This document shows, one piece after another, positions 29,768-40,626 of a stretch of DNA of 64,000 nucleotides. Numbering within the stretch: position 1 is the first letter of the stretch; every line of letters begins with the position of its first letter. The translations under genes and the position numbers were made by a program. A model generated the notes under the pieces. That model did no database searches and had not been told where the DNA came from. It saw only the letters and a program-made list of their open reading frames with translations. Source of the stretch: an uncultured Chthonomonadaceae bacterium (GTDB taxonomy: Bacteria > Armatimonadota > Chthonomonadetes > Chthonomonadales > Chthonomonadaceae); contig CAWIEK010000034.1 of assembly GCA_963835065.1 (NCBI GenBank), positions 1 to 64,000 on the forward strand, in the 5' to 3' direction.

Positions 29768-32368
29768 TTACTCGATTGTGAAGGAATCGAGTATTTCTTC
29801 CGCAAGTTGTAAATTTACAGGGTCCGGGTGGGGAAAACCGACGACAGTAACAATGACGTATATCGTCCCCCTGGCGCTGCTGGTCGCGCGCGTAATCTCC
29901 AGCGCATCCGCGCCCTTGATTACATTGTTCACGGAAATGCGGGCTTCGAGCCAATTGACGCCCGCCTGAGAGATCGTTCGACTCGAATCCATATTTATCT
30001 GGCCGCTACCTTTTCCTTTATTTGCGGCCAACATTTCTTTTCGGTTCACCGCCAGACGTTGCGCCGGAATGGCGGAGATATCCTCTTGATCATCGGCAGC
30101 GACCACCTGAATAGTCAACTGTTTGTCGGGCGATTGAAGCGAGTGTTCAAGTGTCTCCTCCGCAGACTTCAACGTTTCAAGGGTTGAAGGGACTGTGAAA
30201 TGGTAGGGCACGGCCTTGCCGGACAAGGTAATCTTTTGCGGCAACGCCAGCTGCGTAACCGGAGGAGTAACAGGCGTTTCCGGCGGGGCAGCCCCTAATG
30301 AAACTTGCTCCGGTTGAGCAGGAGGCTGCGAAGCCTCATTCGACGGAGCCGTTCCCTGCAAAGCTGAATCCATGGGCGCAATTGCCTGCAATCCCCCATT
30401 GGACTGCGCAGATTGCTGCGAAGCCTGAGAACCGAAAAGCGCATGGCCGGCGTATTCGATGGTGGTATACAGCACAAAGGGCAACCCCCACCCGGTCACG
30501 ATGGCAGCCAAACTTGCCAGCGCAGTACGCGCCCCCCAAGGCCAGCGCGAGGGGAGGGGCTGTTCCCGTTCGCCTGCGTCTTTGCCTTTCAGAAAGGACT
30601 GCAGCGTGTAGGGCAGGTCGGCGGCCTCGCCGGTCAGCGGCCACAGCACCGGGCACTTGTATCTCACTTCCTGCACAATGGGCTTCCAGTTCGCGTCAAA
30701 GTAAACGAAGGCGGGCGCGTTCAGGAAGGGAACCCTGCGCGGCATCTGCGTATGGAACGCGCTGTCCACCAGCCGGCACAGTTCCTCATACCTTTCCGGC
30801 TCTTGCCAGTAGCCCACCAGGCACATCAGCACTTTGCAGGGTTCGTTCAGGCTGCGGATTTGCTCCAGTTCCCACCTCACGCCTGGGGACGTGCCGGGCT
30901 GCAGCACGACGTACCGGCAGCGCTGAAGTTCGCTGCGCACCAGTTCCTGCCATTCCTTGTGAGTCGTGGCGGACAGGTAGGCGCGGGCGGCTCCGGCTGT
31001 GGGCAGCAGTTCGCCGGGGCGTCCGATGGCCCTTACAGGGCCGTAGGCCCGCAAGTAGTGGGCGATGGTCTCTTCGGAGGAGCCGGCTCCCAGCCCGATA
31101 ACCATGCGGAACAAACAAACCGGATTGGCAACGATTACCATTTCCAGAATGGATACGCGCCCGGCGTTCTCTTCACGCGCTACCCGATTGCGCCGTATCT
31201 GGATTTTGTCGCGGACTCCTAAAAGCCAGGACAATGCGCCTGACGGCTGAAGCGTCGTCATCGCGTCGTCATTGAAGGGGCGCAGGTAGAGGATGGGGCT
31301 GCGCTCATCCTTGTCTTTCTGCGGGTCGTAGCGATGCTGGCACATCCGGTATCCGGCGTAGATCATCAACGCGGCCGGTATCAGGAGCAGTCTCCAGATA
31401 GTGCGAATGGCTTGGTAGTTGTTGCCAAGGAGTGGCTCCATCGGCTTAAAGAGTAGCTCATCTGCGTCACTGACGAGCAGTATCCAGTACACAATGCCCA
31501 TAATCTTGAGCGTCCACCCCAACCCTTGTGAGTAGAAAGGAGACTTGCGTTGCGAACCTGTTTCCTGTTGCTTCCCGTCAGGAGCGGCTTCCGGGGAAAG
31601 GGAAGTGAGCTTTTTGAAAGTAGCCTGCCCACGCAGAAAGTGCGCTCCACCGAAAAACAACACGAGGCTTAGTACCGCGCCGAAAAGGGCTATCGGTGAC
31701 TGTGTAGTTGCTGCAGCCCTTGCCGCAAACAGGAAAGCGATAAGACCTACCAGAAGCATTACGGCGGTGACGCATCCTCCACCAATGGGAGCATTGACGT
31801 AATACTCGCCCTTCACTACCTTGAACAGCGTAGCGCGGACATCCTGAACCTGCGTACTGGGGATGGAAAACCGGAAACTTCTGCCTTTCTTCCGGCTCAG
31901 GATGAACTCGATCATCTGTCTTTGAGAGCGGAGTTCTTTCTCGCTGACAGGTTTCTTTTCGCGCAATCGCGTCACGTCCTCGAAAGCGATGCTGCGCAAT
32001 TGACGCAAATGCCGCGTCAACTCCGCTTCTCCCGTCTCCTGGCACATCCCATCGGTAAGTTCAATGCGTCGGGGCAGCCTGCCTTTGAGCAGGTGGTCCC
32101 TGTAGATGGCAACGACTTCCGTGTCAAAGAGTCCCTGCTGAGAGATACCCTGGTTTAAGCGCAGAATGGGATAACGCGGCTGGAAAGCGTCAGAAGCCGG
32201 TTCACCGGGCGGGGGCGCGACACTCGATACCCCAGGCGTAGTAACGCCGTTGCCTGCGGAACCCGGCGGCGTGAATTGTGGCGCGTCCGAAAGCGCGTTG
32301 CGGGTGTCGTCTGGCGCGGAAAAGCGGCTGTCCGGGCGCTCTCCGTCGGATGATGGTGTCTGGCTCAT
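29768..32368 (-). CDS. Multi-pass membrane protein with a cytoplasmic YLRPF/GRPGE..P..GAAR alpha/beta domain and an extracytoplasmic C-terminal domain
   Basis: 866-aa ORF, RBS AAGGAG, about 5 TM segments; function unknown. Confidence 0.6.
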   Translation of the reverse strand: MSQTPSSDGERPDSRFSAPDDTRNALSDAPQFTPPGSAGNGVTTPGVSSVAPPPGEPASDAFQPRYPILRLNQGISQQGLFDTEVVAIYRDHLLKGRLPRRIELTDGMCQETGEAELTRHLRQLRSIAFEDVTRLREKKPVSEKELRSQRQMIEFILSRKKGRSFRFSIPSTQVQDVRATLFKVVKGEYYVNAPIGGGCVTAVMLLVGLIAFLFAARAAATTQSPIALFGAVLSLVLFFGGAHFLRGQATFKKLTSLSPEAAPDGKQQETGSQRKSPFYSQGLGWTLKIMGIVYWILLVSDADELLFKPMEPLLGNNYQAIRTIWRLLLIPAALMIYAGYRMCQHRYDPQKDKDERSPILYLRPFNDDAMTTLQPSGALSWLLGVRDKIQIRRNRVAREENAGRVSILEMVIVANPVCLFRMVIGLGAGSSEETIAHYLRAYGPVRAIGRPGELLPTAGAARAYLSATTHKEWQELVRSELQRCRYVVLQPGTSPGVRWELEQIRSLNEPCKVLMCLVGYWQEPERYEELCRLVDSAFHTQMPRRVPFLNAPAFVYFDANWKPIVQEVRYKCPVLWPLTGEAADLPYTLQSFLKGKDAGEREQPLPSRWPWGARTALASLAAIVTGWGLPFVLYTTIEYAGHALFGSQASQQSAQSNGGLQAIAPMDSALQGTAPSNEASQPPAQPEQVSLGAAPPETPVTPPVTQLALPQKITLSGKAVPYHFTVPSTLETLKSAEETLEHSLQSPDKQLTIQVVAADDQEDISAIPAQRLAVNRKEMLAANKGKGSGQINMDSSRTISQAGVNWLEARISVNNVIKGADALEITRATSSARGTIYVIVTVVGFPHPDPVNLQLAEEILDSFTIE

Positions 32369-32896
32369 CTGTTACTCCTTTGAGCGGGCGCAGTGTCCGC
32401 TGGACGGCTTGCCTGATATAGGCTTCACGCCCGCGGACAGCAAATTGACACAGCGCGATTGCTATCCTCCGTAATACATCTTCGATTCGTGCCATATATC
32501 TTCCATCCGGCAGGTCAGCGAGGTTATAAACCACGCCGCCGTTGTTGCCAATTAACGTATAGCAAGAAAAATAAGTTCAGTTTCAACATTTCACGAACAA
32601 ACTACGTGAACATTGTCCAATGTCATGTTTCAGAACAATTGGCCGCAGTCAAGTAACCGGAAAAAGAGTTTGTATGTATAAGTTGGGGCAATGCGGCAGG
32701 GCAATGTTTGTATAGCTTGTCCATCATTTTAGAAAATCCCGCGTATCAAGCAGCTCACTAACGAAATGAACAAGGGAAGCAAGCTATGCCTGGCGAAATG
32801 GTAATCAAGTGGAGAGTGGAGGAGTGAGAGAAAATGGCGAGTTTACTCTCATTGCTCTCACACTCACTCAATAGGGAAGGCGGTCAGTCAAGCAGT

Positions 32897-34973
32897 ATGA
32901 GGGGAAAACAACAGCATCCATTTCGTCCGCATCCTTACGATTTTCTCCAGAGTCGGACCGAATGGGAAACCGCCGCCGCGAAGCTTTTGGATGAGGGGCA
33001 GGCGTTCCTTGCTTCCGATCTGGCGCGCAACGGCCTGGAGCGTTACCCGGACAGCCTTCGCTTAAAGCAAGCGGCGGCGATGGCAATGATTCGGGTAGGC
33101 GCGCTGGAGGAAGCGTTAAAACTGCTGGAACCGCTTTGCCCGCCCCTGCGCCGCGACCCCCAAATGCTGCAAGAGGTTTATCAGAGCCTGCAAAGCCTGC
33201 TTCCTTCCCTTGCTGCGCCCTCAGATCAGCCCGGAAGTGAATTCGCTGGAACCGTTGGAGCATTTTGTCAACGCGCTGGAACGCATTCTGGCTTCCGAGC
33301 AGCGACAGGAAAAGCCGGACGAAGAAACGCTGGGGATGCTGGCGCGCATTTATAAGGATAAGTGGCGGCACTCCGGCGACAGGGAGATGGCGCGTCGTTC
33401 CCGTGATATGTACCATTACAGCTACCGGACAACGGGAGGCTATTACACGGGGATTAATGCCGCGACCATGTCCTTGCTTATCGGGGATGTGGATTTGGCG
33501 CAGGAATTGGCCCGCGCAGTTCTTGAACAGTGCCGCAAAGCGCAGGCCGAACAGGGAAGCGACTACTGGCTTCTCGCCACCCTGGGAGAAGCGGAACTGC
33601 TCCTGGGAAACAACAACAAGGCGACAGCGCTGTATCGCCAGGCGGTTCCTTTAGCGGGTTCGCGCCATGCCTGGATTGTTTCATCCCGCCAGCAGCTCCT
33701 CTTGATGGCGAAACACGGTATCAAAGTGCCGTCAGCGCTGATAGAAATTCTTCAGCCACCCCGCGTTGTGGTATTTGTCGGACACATGATAGATGCCCCT
33801 GACCGGCCAGCCCCGCGCTTTCCGGCGGCATTGGAAGCGCAGGTTGCCACACAGATTGACCGTAAACTGGAGGAACTGGACGCGCGTATCGGCTACTGCT
33901 CCGCCGCCTGCGGCTCGGATATTCTGTTTATTGAGGCAATGCTTGCGCGCGGGGCCGAAGTAAACGTCATTCTTCCCTTTGCCGAAGAGGATTTCATTCA
34001 CAGGAACGTGGCCTTCGCCAGCGAGCGCTGGATAATCCGGTATCGAAACGCGCTTAAACTGGCGAATTCCATCTCCTATGTTACCGAAGAGCCATTTTTA
34101 GGCGACAGCATCTTGTTGGATTTTATGGCGCGTATCTTTCATGGCTATGCCGAATTGCGCGCCCACACGCTGCTGACGACGCCGCGCCTGCTGGCGGTCT
34201 GGGATGGCATCCCGAAGGGGCCAATCGGCGGAACGGCGGACTTTATCAAACGCTGGCCCTATAAAAACCAGCGCGACATAATCCGTATTGACAGCCTGCC
34301 ACTTCCAGTCGCACCGGCACATTCCCCGCCTGCTTCCACCCGTCAGACCGGAACCAAGCCACCGAAAGCGCAGGACGCGCTGGCCTATCACGGGCAGCGT
34401 CGCATCTGCACGATGCTGTTCGCGGATGTGGTGGGCTACAGCAAGCTCGAAGAGGCTTCCATTCCCGCGTTTCTGTATGAGTTCTGGATGACGGTCGCGG
34501 AGCGCCTTGCGCCCAAACCTCTTTTCGTAAATACGTGGGGAGATGCGATCTTTGCGGTCATGGAGAAGGCGCAGGATATGGTAGAGTACGCGCTTTCCCT
34601 ACAAAGAGCCGTCAGGGAAACCTTCTGGAAAAATACAGAAGTACGGAAAGGGATTGATGTGCGTATCGGCCTGCATGTTGGGCCGATTTTTGAAGCGACG
34701 GACCCCATCACGCAGCGAATCAACTATTATGGCTCGCATGTCAACCGCGCCGCGCGTCTGGAACCCGTCACCGTGCCGGGCCACATCTACGCTACCGAGC
34801 AGTTCGTCGCCCTGTTGATGTCCGATGTGAGTGGCCGCCGCGCCGTTTCCAATCTATTTAGTTGTGAATACGTAGGGGTTCTTTCGCTGGCAAAGGATTT
34901 CGGCGAGCAAGTCACTTACCACATTCGTGGGGCCGATCCAACGGAGGGCCTTTCAGACAGTCCCACAGAGTAA
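32897..34973 (+). CDS. TPR-sensor (TRAF-binding/DUF4071-like) + SLOG-like + class III nucleotide cyclase (frameshift near 33230)
   Basis: ARIYKD, YYTGINAAT, DYWLLATLGEA; FVGHMID...CGSDILF...VILPF...AVWDG...GGTA; FADVVGYS, WGDA, RIGLHVGP, GSHVNRAARLE. Confidence 0.8.
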
Positions 34974-35350
34974 CCGTTAAACTGCTAATTGCCTGCACGA
35001 CAAAAATCAGTTTACTTTTTTCACTCCCATTGCTTCGATTGGAGTACAATCAAGCAGGTATTGGCGGAACCGACGCCGAACAATACTTAACTTCTCGTGG
35101 TTTTTGCGCCAAAAGCGGCTTTTGTAAGTTCGATCCGCTTCGGTGCGCAGTCAACCTGCCAGTCACAGCAGGCCGAGTTCACAATAACAAGTTCTTAGAC
35201 CCGATACAGCCTTTTTCCCATTTCTGTACATTCTTTATAGAAGTGGGCCGGGCGTGGCTGAGGCTTGTTGGGAACGTGGTCAGCTGTTTACCCTCGCTCA
35301 ATCTCGGACAGGGGCGCTCGTTGCCCATTCTCTGTCTGGAGGTGAGGGAT

Positions 35351-36923
35351 TTGTATACGTCAACAGTTGTTTTTATTTTGGTCTCCGCTTTTGCATTGCT
35401 CTTGGGAGTTTTTGTTGAACATTTCTTCTTGATTCGTCCCATTGAAACACGCGAACGCGCGCGTGTGGCTGAACTGGTACAGGCCCAACAGACAGAAGCG
35501 CAGAAATTAAAAGAGGATGCGCTCAAAGAAGTGGAATCCTCCGAAACGTCAGGCCCTGTTGGAAGCCAAAGAAGACGCGCTCCATTTCCGTACCGAAGTG
35601 GAAAATGAAAACCGGGAAAAACGAGCTGAAATCCAGAGGTTAGAGCGAAGACTGGCACAAAAAGAAGAAAATCTCGACCGCCGCACCGACAGTCTGGAAG
35701 GCCGGGAACGTCAAATACAGGAGCGTGAAGCCCAATCCGCGCAGGGACGGCAGGAGGTGGAGGAACTGCTGACCAAACAGCGGCAGGAACTCCAGCGGCT
35801 TGCCGGATTGTCGCAGGAAGACGCCCGCGCTTTGTTTATGAAAAACATTGAGGACGACAGCCGCCACGATGCCGCCAAACTGATGCGCGACATTGAGGAG
35901 GCCGCGCGACGCGACGGGGAGCGCAAAGCGCGTCAAATCGTCACCGATGTCATACAGCGGTGCAGCGTGGATCAAACGTCGGAAACAACCGTTTCCGTCG
36001 TGCCCCTGCCCAACGACGAGATGAAGGGCCGCATCATCGGGCGCGAAGGCCGCAACATTCGCGCTTTCGAGACCCTGACAGGCGTGGACCTGATTATAGA
36101 CGACACGCCGGATACCGTCGTGCTGTCCGGGTTCGATCCTGTCCGGCGCGAAAAAGCCCGTATCGCCCTGACCAACCTGATTGTGGATGGGCGCATCCAT
36201 CCGGGGCGCATTGAGGAGTTGTACAAAAAAGCGGAAGTGGAAGTGGAAGCGCGGATTCAGGAGGCGGGCGAGCGGGCCGTGCTGCAAACCGGCATGACCG
36301 GCCTATCATCGGAAATCGTACACCTGCTGGGCAAAATGAAATACCGCACGTCCTTCCGCCAGAATGTCCTCGACCACAGCATCGAAGTGTCGCTCCTTTG
36401 CGGGATGCTGGCGGCGGAAGTGGGCGCGGATGTGCAGATTGCCCGCCGCGCAGGACTCTTGCACGACCTGGGCAAAGCCGTAGATTTCGAGATCGAAGGC
36501 CCGCACGCTTTGATTACGGGCGAGATTCTGCGGCGCAACCGCGAGTCCGAACCCGTTGTCCATGCGGCGGAAGCGCATCATCACGATGTGGAACCCGCCA
36601 CTGTCGAGGCCATCCTGGTGATCTGCGGCGACCAGATTTCCGCCGCCCGTCCCGGCGCGCGGCGCGAAACGCTGGAAACCTACGTGAAACGCCTGAAGAA
36701 ACTGGAAGACATCGGTGAAAGTTTCGCAGGCGTAGAGAAAGTGTTCGCGGTGCAGGCTGGCCGCGAAATCCGGGTCATCGTGCGCCCGGAGCAGATTGAC
36801 GACCTGGCTTCCCTAAAACTGGCGCGCGACATGGCCCGCCGCATCGAAGACGAGATGGACTACCCCGGCCAGATCAAAGTGACGGTAATTCGGGAAACTA
36901 GGGCGGTGGATTTTGCGAAATAG
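35351..36923 (+). CDS. rny: Ribonuclease Y (frameshift near 35543)
   Basis: RBS GGAGGTGA with TTG start; N-terminal TM; coiled coil; KH KGRIIGREGRNIR; HD LLHDLGK. Confidence 0.93.
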
Positions 36924-36929
36924 GAAGGA

Positions 36930-37050
36930 GGTAGACGGTAGACGGTAGACGGTAGACGATAGCAACTTACCCATTCGTCAGTTCTCATCTTGATAAAGAT
37001 GGCAGTGAATGGAAGTTCTACCGTCTACCGTCTACCGTCTACCGTCTACC
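36930..37050. repeat. Inverted heptamer repeats (GGTAGAC)4/(GTCTACC)4
   Basis: Perfect tandem arms between rny and ymdB. Confidence 0.9.
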
Positions 37051-37064
37051 TGAAAAGCACTTTT

Positions 37065-37862
37065 ATGCGCGTACTCATGGTCGGCAACGTGGTCGGCAAA
37101 GCGGGGCGATTGCTTACGCACGAATTGGTTCCTATCCTGCGGAGGGAACACAAAGTAGACTTTGTGATTGTGAACGGGGAAAATTCCGCCGGGGGAATCG
37201 GCATCACGCCCGATATTGCCAATACGTTTTTGCGCCACCAGATTGACGTGATTACGCTGGGCAACCATGCGTGGGGCAAGCGCGATATTTACCCGATGCT
37301 GGACGAAGAGCCGCGCCTGCTGCGTCCCGGCAATTATCCGCCGGGTGCGCCGGGGCGGGGATGGGGCGTGTTCGGTTCGCCGGCGGGGTCGTTCGGCGTC
37401 GTCTCGCTGCAAGGGCGCACGTTTATGGAAGCGATTGATGATCCGTTCCGCGCCATAGACGCCATTCTTGAGGAATTGCACAAGCGAACGCGCCTGATTT
37501 TCATTGATTTCCACGCCGAAGCCACATCGGAAAAAGTGGCGTTCGGGTACTACGTGGACGGACGGGTGAGCGCGGTTGTCGGAACGCATACGCACATCCA
37601 GACCGCCGACGAGCGGATTCTGGACGGCGGCACGGCCTACCTGACCGATGTAGGCATGACCGGCCCGATAGATTCCGTTATCGGCATGAAGCGCGACATC
37701 GTGATTCCCAAATTCACCAGTGGCCTCCCCGCCCGTTTCGAGGTTGCTGACGGCGAAGCGCAGTTGTGCGGGGTTCTCGTAGACATTGACACCGCGACCG
37801 GCAAGGCAACCGCCATTCAGCGCCTTCAATCGCCGGAGCATGTGAAGAGGAGCGCCCCCTGA
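37065..37862 (+). CDS. ymdB: YmdB/TIGR00282-type metallophosphoesterase
   Basis: NGEN, TLGNH, DFHAEATSEK, GTHTH and TDVGMTG; follows rny. Confidence 0.9.
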   Translation: MRVLMVGNVVGKAGRLLTHELVPILRREHKVDFVIVNGENSAGGIGITPDIANTFLRHQIDVITLGNHAWGKRDIYPMLDEEPRLLRPGNYPPGAPGRGWGVFGSPAGSFGVVSLQGRTFMEAIDDPFRAIDAILEELHKRTRLIFIDFHAEATSEKVAFGYYVDGRVSAVVGTHTHIQTADERILDGGTAYLTDVGMTGPIDSVIGMKRDIVIPKFTSGLPARFEVADGEAQLCGVLVDIDTATGKATAIQRLQSPEHVKRSAP

Positions 37863-38067
37863 CTACTTTCCTCCTGTTTTTATCGTATAATGAAATCACT
37901 GCGCGATAAGTGGCTATTTCACCGGAAGATGCGTCCCAACACTTTGGTTGAACGTAAAGACACTGTTTACTTCGTTCGCCGTCCCGCAGAAAGCGCGGGA
38001 GTGTCCGAACACCGAATACCAAATACCGAACACCGTTTGTAAGATTAGCAACGGAGGCAAGCAAACC

Positions 38068-39087
38068 ATGCACAATCATTCTTTTCGACCGGGCGCGAAA
38101 CGCCGTTTGATGGCGGCGAGCGGCCTTGCCGGCCTGATCGTTTTGGGCGGCAGCGCGGCTTATGCGCGTCAAACAGCCGTAGTCATGAACATTTTTCAGG
38201 GTACATCGGCGCAGGCGTCGGGGCTGAAATTAGGCAACTGGGGCAGCGGCAGCATTACCGAAGATGAACACAGCGTTTTCACGGGAACCGAGTCGTTGCG
38301 CGTCGTGACGCACGGGCAGTTTCAGGGGGGGGTGTTGCGTCTGAACAGGCCCGTAGATTTAAGTAATTACGTGGCGAACCGAAACGCCTTCTTGCAGCTC
38401 GCCGTGTTGGTGCAGGCTCCGGCGGGCGGCACGGGCGGCCTGCCCGGTGGGCCTCCCGGAGGATTTGGGGGGTTGGGGGGATCGGGCGGGCCGGGCGGAT
38501 TCGGCGGGCAGGGCGGGCTGCCCGGCTCCAATGGTCCGGGCGGCAAGTTCGGGGCCGGTGGAAGCGCGTCCACAACCGCGAAGCCAAGAGCCATTGAAAA
38601 CGTGCGCGTCGTGTTGAGCCGCGCAAGCGGACGGGGAGCGGAATTTCTGCTGCCTCTCACATCCGCCGCTTCCGAAGGCCAGTGGAAACTGCTCAGTATC
38701 CCCGTCAGCATGATACCCGGCATTACCGCCGACAACGCGAAGTTCACGGAAGTCCGGCTATTCGGCGACAATTCCGGCGTGATGAATGTTGGGCGCATCG
38801 GCATCGTCACGGATACCACACCTATCAAGGTGGAACCCGTGTCCGACAAGGACGTGTCCACCCAAAACCGCTACCGCTATGTGGCAAATGCCAACGGCGG
38901 CGCAACCCCGCTCAAATACTCCTGGGATTGGGACGACACGGACGGCATTCAGGAAGAATCCATCGGGCGTACCGTGGAGCATACCTACTACAAAAACCGC
39001 GATTACGTCGGAACCCTGACGGTCAGCGACGTCTACGGCATCAAGCCGCCCGTCACCACGCGCTTCAAAATCCACGCGCATCGGTAG
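38068..39087 (+). CDS. Secreted protein with Gly/Pro-rich insert and C-terminal PKD domain
   Basis: RBS GGAGG; signal peptide; YSWDWDD...VEHTY...TLTVSD. Confidence 0.65.
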   Translation: MHNHSFRPGAKRRLMAASGLAGLIVLGGSAAYARQTAVVMNIFQGTSAQASGLKLGNWGSGSITEDEHSVFTGTESLRVVTHGQFQGGVLRLNRPVDLSNYVANRNAFLQLAVLVQAPAGGTGGLPGGPPGGFGGLGGSGGPGGFGGQGGLPGSNGPGGKFGAGGSASTTAKPRAIENVRVVLSRASGRGAEFLLPLTSAASEGQWKLLSIPVSMIPGITADNAKFTEVRLFGDNSGVMNVGRIGIVTDTTPIKVEPVSDKDVSTQNRYRYVANANGGATPLKYSWDWDDTDGIQEESIGRTVEHTYYKNRDYVGTLTVSDVYGIKPPVTTRFKIHAHR

Positions 39088-39324
39088 AAGAAAAGGCAGA
39101 AGACAGAAGGCAGAAGACAGAAGGAACCGCACAGCGCGGTTCCTTTCTGCTATCCAAGACAGGGCATAACGACGTCCGCAGACGAGGTTTGCATGCAGGG
39201 CGAAAGAATATACGAGTGCCACTTGCGCTCCCTGTTCAGCGCGGCGGATGAGAGGAATTATGTCGTGAAAGTGGATTGTTTTGCATGGCGACGGGACAAT
39301 CCCTTTTCAGTAGAACACGAGGCG

Positions 39325-40365
39325 TTACTGAATCTGCCTTGCGCTGACATCGCAGAGGGCGTCAATGGCGCGGTCTATGTCTTCCTCATCTACGTCCAGG
39401 TGCGTGACCCAGCGGATGCGGTGGGGCGCGGTGGGGTTGCACAAAATTTTGTGGCGTTGTTCCAGCAGTGCCTTGATTTGTGGCGCGGGCAACTGCGTGT
39501 TGAAGTACACCATGTTGGTCGGCACGTCGGGAGAGTCGAGCGTGATGCCGGGAAGGTTGGCGATCCCTGCGGCCAATTTGCGGGCGTTTTGGTGGTCTTG
39601 CGCCAAGCGTTCGATGTTGTTGTCCAGCGCGTACAAACCCGCCGCCGCCAGTATCCCCACCTGCCGCATCCCGCCGCCGAGCATTTTGCGGACGCGCTTG
39701 GCTTTTTCGATGAACTCTCGCGTTCCGCATAGTACGGAACCGACCGGGCAGCCCAATCCTTTCGACAGGCAGAACGTCACCGAGTCCGTACACGCCGCGT
39801 ACTCCGAGGCCGCAATACCCGTCGCCGCCACCGCGTTGAACAACCGCGCCCCGTCCAAGTGTACCTTCAAGCCGTTTTCCTGCGCCCACTGCCACAAATG
39901 CCGATGCACATCAAGCGGAACCACATAGCCGCCCGCCCGGTTGTGCGTGTTTTCCAGCACCAGCAGCGTTGTGCCGGAACCGTGCAGCGACTCGCTATGG
40001 AGGGAACGCTCAATTTCCGCCACATCGGGAACGCCTTTTTCGCTATGAAACTGCCGCGTCAAAACGTGCGCAATCGTGGCGGGCAGGCCCACCTCGTACA
40101 GCATAGAATGGGCTTCCGCGTCCAGCAATATCTCGTCGCCGGGTTTCGTATGGACTTTAATCGCCACCGCGTTGCCCATCGTGCCGCTTGGCACAAACAA
40201 GCCCGCTTCCTTGCCCATTAGCAGCGCGGCCCGTTCCTGCAAGCGGTTGACGGTCGGATCGTCCTCGTACACATCGTCGCCCACCAAAGCCTCGGCCATC
40301 GCCTGCCGCATCGCCACACTCGGCTTCGTCACCGTATCACTGCGTAAATCCACAAACTCGCGCAT
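39325..40365 (-). CDS. ltaE: Low-specificity L-threonine aldolase
   Basis: [26 protein letters not shown] and CLSKGLG. Confidence 0.92.
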   Translation of the reverse strand: MREFVDLRSDTVTKPSVAMRQAMAEALVGDDVYEDDPTVNRLQERAALLMGKEAGLFVPSGTMGNAVAIKVHTKPGDEILLDAEAHSMLYEVGLPATIAHVLTRQFHSEKGVPDVAEIERSLHSESLHGSGTTLLVLENTHNRAGGYVVPLDVHRHLWQWAQENGLKVHLDGARLFNAVAATGIAASEYAACTDSVTFCLSKGLGCPVGSVLCGTREFIEKAKRVRKMLGGGMRQVGILAAAGLYALDNNIERLAQDHQNARKLAAGIANLPGITLDSPDVPTNMVYFNTQLPAPQIKALLEQRHKILCNPTAPHRIRWVTHLDVDEEDIDRAIDALCDVSARQIQ

Positions 40366-40388
40366 AATTCTACTCCAATGCAAAAATT

Positions 40389-40626
40389 AACCACCCGCTG
40401 CGCTAGAGACACAGAGACACAGAGGGGGAACACAGAGGAAGAAGAAAAGAAAAGAAGAAGAGGAGAATAAACTTCTTTGCTCCCTTTGCCTCTTTGCGGT
40501 TCTTTTTGTTTTTTCCTTTTTTCGTCTTGGTTCGTGTGTTTCGCGGTTCCTATCTCTTCTTTCTCTTTGTTTTTCTCGTATTGGTTTTTCCTCTGTGTCT
40601 CTGTGTCTCTAGCGCAGCGGGTGGTT
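40389..40626. repeat. 238-bp MITE-like element with perfect 37-bp terminal inverted repeats
   Basis: AACCACCCGCTGCGCTAGAGACACAGAGACACAGAGG at 40389-40425 and its reverse complement at 40590-40626. Confidence 0.85.

Noticed and set aside
35030..35350. N-terminal part of ORF 35030-35608 as coding
   Set aside because: The RBS and TM segment place the rny start at TTG 35351.
36990..37064. N-terminal extensions of ymdB, rpsB and tsf in the ORF track
   Set aside because: They translate intergenic repeats (STVYRLP, SLIIHHS); conserved starts lie downstream.
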